Assembly (NCBI GenBank): GCA_028534125.1
Contig: CM052817.1
Span: 56,856,001 to 56,920,000 of the forward strand
Origin: Lama glama
Taxonomy: Eukaryota
Direction of reading: 5' to 3'
DNA length: 64,000 nucleotides
Below, piece by piece: positions 51,579 through 64,000 of this stretch. The notes beneath the pieces were generated by a model. The model was not told the origin of the DNA, ran no database searches, and worked only from the letters and a program-made list of their open reading frames with translations. The position numbers and the translations under genes are program-made. Within the stretch, counting starts at the first letter, position 1. Each line of letters opens with the position of its first letter.

Positions 51579-52779
51579 GGCTGCACCATCTTCTGAGGCC
51601 CTTCCAATGCTCCATGATTCTATAAGAGACAAGAATAAGCCCTGAGTGGTAGAAGAAAATTCCTAAAGCATCCCTGACCAAAATTTACTCCATGGAATAT
51701 GAAAACAGCAATAAAAATAGTAACTAGAATAATTCCTCAGGTTGTTAATTGTTTTGGTTGCTTGTTCTGAGAAGAAAATTTTTTTCTAAGAAAGTGTTAG
51801 ATTTAAAAATGTATTTCTTTCCTGCTGGAGTTCTTAGAGCCTTGATAATAATAGAAATTATGACCCTCCAAGAAAATGGAGGCATGATATGTCATATTTT
51901 CCACATGTATTTGATCAAGAATCCCTATTCCCACAGTGTATCTTGCAGAAAAAGTGTTTTGCTAAATTCCATCTAGGAAACACAAACTCAAGGATGCTGA
52001 GTTTTTTGGGTTTTTTTCTTCTTTTTTTTTTGAGAGCCAAGTGCCCAAAAAGCAGAAGAGTTGCTGACAGAACACCAGGGTCAAGTTTTTGTCCCTGACT
52101 AACCAGGTCTGTATACTAATATATTCGTTTCTATCAGTAGGACAGTGTTGCTCCAATTTAAGATGGTATTGATACTTATGTTTCTGGAGAATTTTGTGCT
52201 CCACTAAGGGTACTGTGAAGAACAGGTGTGCTAATAAGTCTCAGATTGTTTTCTAGACCATGAGCAGCTTGGACATTTCCGTATTTTTTATGTTCACGTA
52301 AGTGAATAATGGAAGAGAGTTCTGGTCTTCTTTTTCCTAGTATAAAGAAGCTAAAAATGAACTTGTCTGTGATTCATTAAACATCATTACCTGTGTCAGG
52401 CATCAGAAAATTACATTTCAGCCAAGGGCATGAAAATACATATGTGAGTTACAGTGATGGTAAACAACTTTTCAATTAATTTATTTAAGTATTTACAGTT
52501 TTCATTTCAAAGCAAAAGGAACAATATGAAATGCTGAACAAAAATAATTAATCTGTATATATAATACTCATTAAAATACAGGAAAAATTCAGTGCTCTCT
52601 CCAAAAGTACCGTTCAAGCTATGTCAGAGCAGGCACCAGAAGCTTCTTGGGTTCTATAAAGTACACCAAGGGAACTTAATGAACACTAATTAATCAAAGT
52701 AATATTTAGTTCCATTTCCAATTAACTCCTGCAATGAATGTTTGTAATAGAGAATATGGATGCCTAAAGACAAATCTAT

Positions 52780-53450
52780 TATTTATTTAGGTGTTATTTA
52801 TTTATGCCTCCAACTACATCCAAAAATAATTAATTCAAACCACAATGCAAGTTATCAATACAATAAAACTATTTTCAAAAGCACAGGAAAAAAAATGACT
52901 CAGGCAATATGTGGGAAGAAAGAAGGAAAATAGTTATAAAATAAAACTCAGGATAAAGGAAACCAGGCAAAAGGCTTAGCTTTGAACTTTCTATATATCA
53001 TATATATAATGAGTCACAAAGTTTATCTTACCCAAATTCTGAAAAAAAATTATATATATATGTATGAGGATGTGGGTCCTCATAAGAAATCATGAATAAC
53101 ATTCTTAATTGCTGTTTTACTGCAAATATGCAGAGCTCTACATAAGGCTATTTCTCATACAGCTGCAATTAAAAACCAAGGACAGAGTTTAATAATGCTC
53201 TATAGTATGTAACGCAATATATACTGAGCTAACCTGATATAGGTTTAAAGCTTAGAATCAGGAGGATTTATGGATGATGTGCCTCTTAGAGTAACCCACC
53301 AATTATTGTGTCTCAGCTGAACTTTCTACAGGACTAAGACAGATCATTCAAATGTGGGGATACTATCAAGCATTTGAAGTTTATACATTCTATATTGTCA
53401 ACTGAGTCTTGCACCATGAATACAAGTCCACTGACACTATTCGTATAGGG
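52780..53450 (-). mobile_element. Possible L4 (RTE-X) ancient LINE relic
   Basis: tttatttatgcctccaactacatccaaaaa resembles the antisense L4 3' end; very diverged. Confidence 0.3.
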
Positions 53451-54412
53451 TTAAATCTACTACACTGAAGAAATGATTTCTTGTATCTGACAAATCAAGT
53501 GTAAGTTAAGGTATCAAAAGCCCTTACAAGTAAGGTAGATCGTATTTGTTTACCAGGATGGTAGATCAGGCTTTGAGAGATTTTGTGATTCCTTTATGGA
53601 CCAGCTAGGGCAAGGTTGATCTGATATCACTAAAACCAAAGTGGCTGGCTAAATTTATTTTGCTAACTGACTGGACTGAATAAAGGGTTTCACATTTGGA
53701 CATGAAAGAATTCCCTTTCAATTTTTGTTGTCCTAGCTCTAACAATGTATTCTGAATAGCAAGTGCCCAGTAAGTATCTTTGAATGAACAGCTATTATTA
53801 AGGTGTTTTGGAAACAGATTATGTTAGGAGACTTGTTCACTCATTCAATTACTATTCATTATACAACTTTCATGTTCCAAATACCGTGCTAGTTATGAGG
53901 ATACAATGATGAGCTGGGCAGACTTAGTCTCTGTCGTTACAAAGACCAACAATAAATAATTAGGCAAACTAAGATTTTTGTTTCAATTGTGATGATTTTT
54001 CAAAAGAAAAACAGAGGGTGCTAGTGTTAGAAAAGTAAATAGGGAAGAAGAAATATTATAACTACCTGCCTTTAGGAAGTTAGAATTTTGTGGATAATAT
54101 TCTTAAGAATGATGAGAGCCAGCTCATCTGAGTGCAACAAATATTTTTTTGAGCATTTACTATGTTACAGCTCTGGGCTAGTCACTATAGTGTACAGAGA
54201 TGATTAAATTTCAGCCTCTGCACTTAATAACTTCAAAATCCAGTAATAAAAATGTCCTCAAGCTATAATCTAAAGAAAATTTGTTAGCTTCATGCAAAGA
54301 GATCACAAATCCACTAATAAAGTTCAAAGGATGAAAAGTTCCTCACAGTTGAAATGATTAGAGGGTTTTATAAAGTAAGAGATATTTATAATGGCATTAA
54401 AGAATGTGTATG

Positions 54413-55030
54413 TGAAACAACCTAAATGTCCTTTGATGGATGAATGGATAAAGAAAATGTGGCATATACATACAATGGAATGTTATTCAGTCTTTTTTAA
54501 AAAAGGAAACCCTGCCATTTATAATAACATGGATGGATCTGGAGGACAATAAGCTAAATGAAATAAGCCAGACACAGAAAAGCAAGTATTGTGTGATCTC
54601 ACTTATATACAGAATCTAAATAGTCAAACTCACAGAAGTAGAGTAGAATACTGGTTGCCAGGGCCTGGAGGAAGGGAAAATGGTCAAAGGGTACAAATTT
54701 TCCACTATACAAGATGAATAATTTCTGGAGATCCGCTATACAGCATTGTGCCTATAGCTAACAATACTGTATTATATGCTTAAAATTTGTTAAAAGAGTA
54801 GATCTTTTATGTTAAGCGTTCTTATCACACATAAAAAAATGATGGTGGTAATGATGATGAGGCTGGGAGGAAACTTTGGGGGATGATGGATATGCACACA
54901 GCCTTGATGGTAGTGATGGTGTCAGAGGTATACATGTATCCCCAAACTAGCTAAACTGTATACATTAAATATGTACACCATTTTTCATGTCAGTCACACC
55001 TCAGTAAAGTAGTTTAAAGGAAAAAAATAA
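54413..55030 (+). mobile_element. L1MB1/L1MA10-like 3' fragment, apparently inserted into an antisense L2 (~54120-55450)
   Basis: gaaacaacctaaatgtcc...tggatgaatggataaagaaaatgtgg...gggaggaaactttggggg...cacctcagtaaagtagttt. Confidence 0.85.
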
Positions 55031-56044
55031 ATAGTGCCTACATAGAATACGGATGGAAGAAAAAGAGGAGAAGTGTATTTTAACTGACAGAGAAGCAAAA
55101 GCAAAGGGGATGGCATGAGGAAACAGGCTACCAGCAGCTGTTAGGAGGTAAAGATGAAGGAACATGTAAGTTAATAGGGGGATAAGGCAGGACAGGGGGG
55201 TGACAGCCAGCTCAGGAGACTATTAGATGCCAGGCTACAAAGTGTGCTCTTCATTCAGTAGGTGACAGAAACTTACAGGAGACTTTTGATCAGGAGAGTG
55301 ACATGATGAAAAGGGAGCTTCAAGAACCTTGAACTCTGTAGGGTGATTTTGAGAGATGAGAGACCAAAGGTAATCAGAGCAGCTGGTAGTCGAGACAAAG
55401 GTAATAAGGTCCTGAACTATGACAGTAGGAATGGAAATGAGAAATTAGTAAAGAACGCTGAGCTCCAAACCCATTAGGAATCACCTGCAGTAACTGATCT
55501 GATCACAGCAGCAGTGACACCTCCATTAACTCGACTGCATCATATTTCCAAGAGCATAAGAACTGATTGGTCCCGGGAGCCACTCCTGAAGCAAATGCAA
55601 GCTTATTCTGCCACAATCTGCATGGATGTACTCAACCACACAGGACCACCCATGCAGTCTTTGACTTAATTTTAAAATCACATACTAGATCAGTACTGAA
55701 ACATTTATCCCATTGTGTTCTCTTGCAGATCTTTGAAATTATTAAAATGCACTTAACTTTTCCCACTTCTCTCTCTGCTTTATTTCAAAGAGACTTCACT
55801 TCCTTATTTACAAACATAAACTTTTTCTATCTCCTTACCTAACATTATTCCTTACCTCTCAAAACCTTAGCTACAAATACAAGTTATAATGTCATATCTT
55901 GGAAGAGAATGGAAGGAAATTCCATATTCAAATAGTAAATAATAAACAGTAAGTATCCAAGAAAATTGGGACATCTATTTTATAAAGAAGGGACCTGCCA
56001 GTGACATGTTTTGTTATTGGAAACTTTATTACTGATGGTAAAAC

Positions 56045-56310
56045 ATAACCTAGAAGGCAAACTTTTAGTGTTTAGAAACACAGGCTTGGAAATTAGACTT
56101 CCTGTTTTTGTGTTCTCTGTTTACGCACACCTGTGAGATGTGGGTAAGATAATGCAACTTCTCCAAACTTCAATTTTCTTATCTAAAAATAGGACTATTA
56201 TACTAACTGTATTTTTTGAGGATCATATGAAACAATCCACATAAAGCACTTTTACACAGTAGCAAGCACATGGCACTCCAAAATAGTGAGTTATGATTAT
56301 TATTTTTATT
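56045..56310 (+). mobile_element. MIR SINE
   Basis: cacaggcttggaaattagac...caacttctccaaacttcaattttcttatctaaaaatagg...taaagcactt. Confidence 0.6.
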
Positions 56311-59099
56311 ATTTTATATAATATTGTATACTATTTAGTATAATTTCATCAATCATCATCATACTGGAGGTCTTCTATCTTCTCTTCTTTCTCTAGAAAA
56401 AATGATTTTGATATAATCTCAGTCTAGCTTGGGATATCCGTATCTTTTCAAGTTCATCTGTAACCCAGTGAATCAGAGAATATACAGAATCCAGAAGCAC
56501 AACTTTCTTTGGTGCCCAACAGACATCCCCTTCCCCATGGTCATTCATCTTCCTAAGTCACTTAAGATTTTCTTAGAGCTAAGATGATCAGAATTTCCCT
56601 TTTATCCTCCATGCTAAGTAAAGTAAATACAAAGGAACTTTGTTCAAAGACAATCTATTAAAACATCACCTCACAACCTAACAGTAAAGGGGATATTTTT
56701 CCTTTTAAATTTAGAAATATCTCACATTCCATCCACTGCACTTGAGATTACTTCACCCTAAGACAACACACTTTTTTATAACCTAACAAAAATCTGACAT
56801 TTTTTATATACCCCATGACTATGTCCTTGAATGTATAAACAGAAACTCATCCTCTTTATCAGTTTTTGCCAAAACATGTTCTACAGAATTGTCCCCTGAG
56901 GTGCCTTTTCTCAAAACTAGTCAAACAGATGTAGAAAATGCTGTATTCCCTGTTTTCCCTCCCTTAGAGATTCACAATGAATACCAGCATTTTAAAGGCT
57001 CTTACAAATCTCATCAAAAAGAAACATATTAAACTATGCTTCACTTGGTGGGTTTTTTTCTTAAGTAACAAAACTTTTTAATATTACAAATAACAATAAC
57101 CATGCTGAAGAGATAATGTTCTAGAAATTTTGACTCATCTAAATTCAATCAAGGCATTGAGAACCCTTGGATTATTTTTCACATTAAGTACACTATTGAG
57201 AAATAGTTCAAGAGATTGAAGGCAGTCATTTAGATCCTAAATGTCATTCACCATTGATCTTTTTAAGGGATTGCTACTCCTAAAATTATTGAAACAAATC
57301 ATCATAGGTGACTAGAATTTAATTAAAAAGTTAATATAGTGAATATTTCATGCTATTAATGTGCGAATTATTGGGAGAATCTATTTTTGATTGCTGTCTT
57401 AAAATTTCAGTACTGAAGGGCAGTCAGAAGGAAACTTCCAATTTATTATTTTCACATTTTGCCCCGATCATTGAAGAATTTTATACCTACTGTGTGCATG
57501 GGCATTTGACATTTGAAAAGTCCCATAAAGAAATGGTAAAGGCCTTTAATTATTACACAACTCTACGCCACTAAAAGCTGACCATAAAAAGGGGCTTCAA
57601 AATGAATAAAAGGCCTCTCTAAAGTATGTTAACTTTTGATCTCTTAATCCTGAGGAAGAGACAGAGAACAGTTTCTCTTTCAGGTTGAGCTAAAGACAGT
57701 TTTTAAGATACATGTGCTAGAACTAACAACTATATGTTTCTGCAAAAGGGATCCCAAATTCTTTAGGGTCAACAACTTGAAATGAAGGGGAAAAAAAAAA
57801 AAAAGATACCCTGTGTGTCGATTTAATGTCTGTTACTGAAACCCTGAAGCACAACGCTGGGTGAAAGGACTTAAAAGTTTTCATCAGCTTCTAAATTAAG
57901 TCCTGACAGAAATTAGAGCACAAGCACTTAAAAAAGAGAGAGAGAGAGTAGAGAGTAAAAGAACTAAGTATGGGGTGAGAAGGAGAAAATTTAGGATGTG
58001 GAAGAAAATACTTTAAAACTTTCAAATCTGGAAGAAGTTTGTTGGTGTCTTTTTCAAAGTTTTTTTTTTATTAATAAATGAAAGCCACTATAATGTAGAA
58101 TTATATCTACAAGTCTGATAAGGAATATTTAACATTCACTCACATTATTTTTAAGTTGTGTTTCCTCATGGTTTGACTGTACAAGATCAAACAAACACTA
58201 TGGATTTCAATTTTAAAAAAAGGATGACATTTTGATTGATTTTCTTTCTTTATCTTATTCACTTTCCTGCTCTAGTTATTCTCCATTTGCACCTCCTTTG
58301 ACTTCTCCTCTTAAAAGTAAAGATGGATTAAAGACATTCTAATTTGTACTGTCAAATTAATGACTGACTTAAAAGACTAGGTATAAATACAAAAATAGTT
58401 TAATCAACTTCCTCAACAAACTCACAAAAAATTGTTGTAGATTCAAATCGGGGACCCTATTTCAGATATCCATTTGGTTTAATTGGTTCAATTCACTTTT
58501 ACTTTAAAACAATCTAACTTCAGCCTAATAATCAATTAAATGCAATTATTAATAATTCTATATTCTATTTATTCTTATAATTCAATAATATATCTTATTA
58601 GATTTAGTTGGATATATAGATATGTGACTCTGAATACATTATTTAACTCTTCATGATGCAGACCCTTTATAGAAAAACAGGATCCCTCAGGGTATCCAGC
58701 CTCACCAGGTAGCTTTTCTAAACCTTCTATTCTCCCTGACCTCCTGCACACCATCCTTACCACATGATGACCCTGGGTGTCATTCCCATGTGGAAAAAAA
58801 AAAAAGAAACATGGACACACTTCTTCTCTACACACTTAGAAGCAATATTCGGCATACACAGCTGTCCTCTCATCCTTCCCCTAAAGCTCAGGGAAGTAAC
58901 TGTTTCCTTCCTTTTCTAAATATAACCCCTCTATTTCACTCCTCTGTAACTCTTCTCAGTTTCTGTAGGGCATTACTAGTCCCTGTTTTTAAGACTTTCC
59001 TCTTTGACCCAGATTCTGAAACTTATGTCTGGTCCTTCTCTTCATTACTTTCGAACAACTACAGTACTATTAATAGGAGTTGGTGGTTCATAAAGTCTC

Positions 59100-59175
59100 A
59101 AAGTAAAAAAAAAAAAGAAGAAGAAGGAGGAGGAGGAGAAGGAGAAGAACAATAAGAAACAGAAAGAAGGAAAAT
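59100..59175. repeat. Purine-rich A/GAA/GGA simple repeat
   Basis: aaaaaaaaaaaagaagaagaaggaggaggaggagaaggagaagaa. Confidence 0.8.
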
Positions 59176-59512
59176 CATTATTCACTCTCACAAAGACATG
59201 AAGATAGACTAAGTGATATTAAAAACATTTTCAACAACATCTAAATTAAAAAATTAAATTTTAAAAAACTTGGAGGAGGTAATGGCTCACCATAAAACAG
59301 AAAATTTGTAACTCTATTATCCCATCCCTAGAGTAATCTAATTGAGATTAGTGGTAAGAACACTGGAACAGTGATCAGAGAATTGCCATTCTATTGCACT
59401 TCATTCTTGTATCCTATCGCTCACCTTCAATGGGCTTCACATCTGTAAAATGAGAGAGTTGCTTTAGAGGGTTTTAAAACTGCTTGACCACAATGCATTC
59501 ACAAGTGATAAG

Positions 59513-59682
59513 CAGCAGTGATCTCACTGGTGTCAAACCTGTGCTGTCTCACATGCTCAGAAGGGCTCCACCATTGGATTAATAATTCACTATTGCCATC
59601 TGAAATTTTAAATAAGGTTTTAACCAAGGAGACACATAGTTTCATCTGGCTTCGGGCCCTGCAAAATATGTAGCTGGTCCTG
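59513..59682 (+). mobile_element. MER91A-like hAT-Tip100 element
   Basis: acctgtgc...ctcagaagggc...tgaaatttt...gggccctgcaaaatatgtagctggtcctg. Confidence 0.7.
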
Positions 59683-61158
59683 GTGGTGAGACCAGCTTGA
59701 TGAGCTGAGATCAGCATTTCCTTAATGAATTAATTGAGAAGAACTGCTAATGTACATCACACAAAGCATAAACACTCTTGTTCCAGTTTTGTTTACAAGC
59801 ATGTGTGTATCTTTGTGTGGAACAGGCAGGGGACTGGGTATTCATGTGTGTACATTTGGTTGCAATATAAAACACGTTTATGTGAGTTGTGGTCAGTGAT
59901 TAGACAATTACTAAGGCCCCTACCAGTTCTAACATTCTAGGGTGCTGTGTCTCTTGTTATGAACTGACACAGCATAATTGAAAAGATTTTTTCTACAGTA
60001 GAAGAAAAACCCATCATCCAGTGGGAAAACCTAATGATTCCAAAAAAAGGATTCAAATACAAAGACAGCTAGTTTCACCTTCCTTTTGAAATGCTCCTAT
60101 GCACAAAGAAAAAAAATAACTTAACCACTCTAAATATGGAACTATATTTATATAAACATATTTTTTAAATAAATCGAGATCAGTGCCACATAGTATATAA
60201 CAAAAAAATAGGAAAGGTATAATTATTCTTTGTTTGCAACATATCAAGCGTGTATTCTCCAAAGATCATAACAAACTTAACTGGTCTCTTATTATAAACT
60301 GTACCTTAGAATATCATCATCATAAACACTAATATAATTATTTTGAATCCCCGAATATTTAGAACTTCTATTAGGTCTTTTTTCAAAGATAACATTTAGT
60401 ATGATTATATACAACATTCTGATATCTATTTATTGAAACTGCACATTGAACCTGGGATAAGACACAGTATTTGTGCAATAATAAGCACTTTGCAGAGATG
60501 GGTGTGTTGATATAAAACTACCAAATGTATGTAAGCCATATAATTTTTTCATATTTAGAAAGCAATGGCATGTTTTTCTCTTAAAGAAACTACTTTTACA
60601 ACCCACATTTACAAAATGTGAGCTTTCCAGATATTAAAAGCTTTTTCCAGCCAAGCAGAAATAGGATGGAGTTAAAATACTTTCCTGACACACTCTAAAC
60701 TCACCAGAGTTCAATAGGGAAGCCAGTAAGAAAGTCCATTCAGTGGTACTACTCTCCTGAGAGAATGTTCAAAAGATAAAATTATGACCCCAAGGTGAAC
60801 TGAAAGCCAGGATTCTGCTGATAATTATAGTTTCAAAACCATTTCAATTTCAATGCATTTTAGAAGCTTCATATATGTGAATTATTTGTCAAATTGATAC
60901 CATTACACATGCCATAATGTGTATTTTGGGTGCTCATAACAAGCACCCTGCAGCTAAAATAGTTTGGATATACAGAGTCTGAGTCTGATAAATAGCTATC
61001 ATTTTTCTTCTGTGGTTAAGGAAGTCATATTCATAGCCTAGCTGATAATACAATGCAAATGACACAACTAATGTGTCCCAGCATTAGACAAAAGATCAGA
61101 GAGGAGCAGGCCAGCGGTAAAAAACCCAATCAGTGTTAACGGGTATGTCAAGAAACTA

Positions 61159-61435
61159 TGGTTACCAAAGGGGAAAGGGTGGGGGAGGGATAAATTAGGA
61201 GTTGGCGATTAACAAATACACATTACCATGTATAAAATGAACAAGTACCTACTGTATAGGACAGGGGACTATATTCAATATCTTGTAATAACATATAATG
61301 AAAAATAATCTGAAAAAGAAAATACATATATGTGTATGTACAACTGAATTGTTTGCTGTACACCTGAAATTATCATTGTAAATCATCTACACTAATAAAT
61401 AAATAAATAAAATTTAGAAAAAAATCAATTAAAAA
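61159..61435 (+). mobile_element. Short cetartiodactyl-type L1 3' end (L1_Art-like)
   Basis: tggttaccaaaggggaaaggg...gggataaattaggagtt...cagggactatattcaatatcttgtaataac; exact 9-bp TSD aagaaacta (61150-61158 / 61436-61444). Confidence 0.88.
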
Positions 61436-62789
61436 AAGAAACTAGCTATACAGTTATGCAAAAAGAAGTCGTGGATAAAGTTGACAGCTCACAAGTTAAG
61501 AAGTTAAAAGACCTGCACTGATCTCTTGTTTCAGCTCCAGCCACTATTTTGTTTTCTCTTGTACTTCTGCAGCCTTATTAGCAAAGGGAGGTGATGAACA
61601 TGTTCTCAGACTCATCTTCCAAACTTACTGTTAGAGTGACTGAGAGGCAGTATGATATAGAGGAAGACATATTCACGGCTCAATCTGCTATGTGAATGAG
61701 GGCCATTCATTTAGTTAACAGAGAAGGTAAATTTTTTCTCTCATCTGTAAGATGAAACTTCTTATAATACGGAGTTCACAGAATTGATATGCAAATCAAA
61801 TAATATCTTGTATGGGAAAACTGGTTTGCAAACAGTAAACTGCTATTATAAATGTTAGATTACTGGCTTGGAGTTGCATGAGAAATACTTCAAAGAGGAT
61901 CTATTTAGATATCCTGGATCTAAATTCCTAGGAAAATAATCATAAAGGAAGATATAATTCCAATATTCTCAGAATATTGGAAGCATCTATAATAATTTTA
62001 AAATGAATAGAGTTAGGGTGAAAAATATACACAATTTGATGATCTATCCATATTTATCCATCTCAAACAAAACAAACCTGCAATCTGGGGAGGAGGGGTA
62101 AGTAGGAAAAAAGTACGAAGGTTCTTATTTGTTTAGAGCCATAGCACCGTCACCAGCCAGGTATTAGGGAATTGGCTTATCCTATAGAACTTCTTTTTGA
62201 GGGTAGTTATTTCCTTCCATGTCCTCCAGCTCCATCATCCCTATTCCACATCCTACACACATTCGTACTATAGTAACTTCTATTACTACAAGTGTTTGGG
62301 AGAAAAAGAGAGAGAGAGAGAAACCTGAAGAAGGGACCAGCTGTGATCAGACAGATGGAATGATCTTATCAGTCTGGTCTGCACAATGTGCCTGAACTTG
62401 GAGTGGACCTAATATGACTCAACCCCATAGATAGTAAATAAGACAGTGGTGAGCACTCTGAAACCAAATTAAAGTGCTAGTTCTAGGAGAAAAGTAAATG
62501 GATGCCACTTGGCATATAACTAGACAAAACAGTAAAGCATTACAGCTCAGGTTTTCTGTCAGTACAAGATAAGCCCATGTTTTTCACTATAGCATAGAGT
62601 TTTCATGACCCAACCTCTGCCTTATCATTTTTTGCCTTTTTACATTGCATATTACATTCTGGCAATATTCCAATGTTTGTATTTCCTTATTGACTCAATG
62701 TTGTTTCTGTACTCCATGATTTGCCTTATAATAAAAACAGTGTCCCTTTCATACACATACACCTAGCTACTGCCTTCACATCATCAAGC

Positions 62790-63030
62790 CTCATTTCAAG
62801 TGACAAGTCTTACAAATGATCTTTCCTAACTGTGAAACTTGATTTCATGGCCTCCTCTTGTGTTCTCACAAAATTTTATGCAGGAACTTACACTGCACTT
62901 ATCACATGAGAAAGTCTGTGTATTTCTGTTCCCCTCACTGCAACAGGTAAACAAGTTTCTTGGGGCAGAGACTGTCCCAGTCTCCTCTGCAGTGTCAGCA
63001 ACAGACACAGTGCCTGTTTCTCTCCTAGAT
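62790..63030 (+). mobile_element. L2 3' end fragment
   Basis: aagtttcttggggcagagactgt...cacagtgcctg pattern. Confidence 0.5.
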
Positions 63031-64000
63031 AAGCAGTCCCTGATATTTCAGAGGGTAATGCAGGTTCTGAGATTCTGGGGAGGGTGGTTTGGGCCAAACT
63101 CACAAGAGCCAAAGGTAAGGAAAAGGTAGAGCCAAAGCAGCACATCAGAGACAATCCAAAATTGATTGCTTGAGCAGACAACCCAGAGTTAATCCAGTAG
63201 AAAGTTAAATCCAAGTGTCTTGGCACAACAGCAAGTGAAAGTCAGGCGTGGACACAAGGAAAGAGAGAATCAGGGTACAGCAAGTGGATTATATCAGAGC
63301 ACTGAAAGCAGAATCTGGAGCTCTTTCTCCTCACTAGGATTCAAGCTTCAGGAGACCCTGAACAAGAGCAGCTCTTATCTCAGGACCAGGGGGTAGCAGG
63401 AGCTGTTAAAGATATAAAGATGATAAGACAATTGTGAAGGTAACTTTCCATGCAATATCTTACTCGAGCCCATTGCATCTTCACTAAACCTAAGATAAAA
63501 TGTGACTTAATGTCACAAATATAAACTAAAAGGTGTCCTTTAAGAAACTAAAACCCCAGTCTTCTGACTGAAGCCATCCAATAAAAAATTCCAATAGACA
63601 GCACCCAATAAGTATGTTACAATAGCTCCTGCATTATAAGAGACACTAAACTATCAAAATGAATCTCAAAATTAAGTATATTCATTATGTTTTAAAAACT
63701 GTCTTCAGATGAGTTATATGTAGTTTTCATGTATGTTAATAAATAGCAGGTTAAACTCAAATGTATTAAACAAAAGATTACACATGTATGTAATATTTAC
63801 AGTGCCTAAAACTGCCTGATTTGTGTTTGTAATAAACATGTGAATTTATTAAACAGCCAAGAAAAAAGTTAACATTGAATATTCAGAACAAGAAGTAGTT
63901 TCATCCAAGGGAATATTTCATTGGCAGATGGAAGTGAATATGCAAAATTGTTCCAGTTAAGCAAATGTTTCATATAAATTTTCAAGATAAAACATGTTTG

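Noticed and set aside
58790..59155. 121-aa ORF ending KKKKEEEGGGGEGEEQ
   Set aside because: The low-complexity tail comes from a purine simple repeat.
62839..63129. ORF with repeated ETVPVS/DTVPVS whose codons differ mainly at third positions
   Set aside because: Both copies coincide with standard L2 3'-end motifs (gggcagagactgt, cacagtgcctg), so this is most likely coincidental; there is no convincing exon structure.
1..64000. Prokaryotic-type systems (CRISPR arrays, operons, defence islands), rRNA, or an intact endogenous retrovirus
   Set aside because: No repeat-spacer arrays, dense coding regions, rRNA or gag/pol/env sequence were seen; the DNA is repeat-rich mammalian noncoding sequence with solo LTRs only.

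Overview
AT-rich mammalian genomic DNA, most likely from a camelid (alpaca or camel). That inference rests on a tRNA-Ala-derived SINE of Vic-1 type and cetartiodactyl-type L1 3' ends. The window is intergenic or deep-intronic and is dominated by decayed transposable elements: L1, L2, CR1/L3, MIR, ERVL/MaLR/Gypsy-like solo LTRs and hAT DNA elements. I recognise no host protein-coding gene, rRNA, true tRNA or CRISPR array, and most ORF-track entries are L1 fragments or chance ORFs. Main structures: (1) a ~10.3 kb nested L1 (14.3-24.6 kb) in which a younger, 5'-complete L1 sits exactly where ~0.7 kb of the host L1's RT core is missing; (2) an ancient ~640 bp fold-back inverted duplication at 26.7-27.4 kb; (3) two twin-priming L1 inversions; (4) a probable short L1 3' transduction; (5) a TE-poor block at ~44.6-48.4 kb with an enhancer-like motif cluster and a 180-bp, phase-0/0, stop-free minus-strand exon candidate. 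Repeat family names are recalled from consensus motifs, not from a database search, and boundaries of old repeats are approximate. The sequence does not support a wholly new biological system; the findings are candidates for follow-up.
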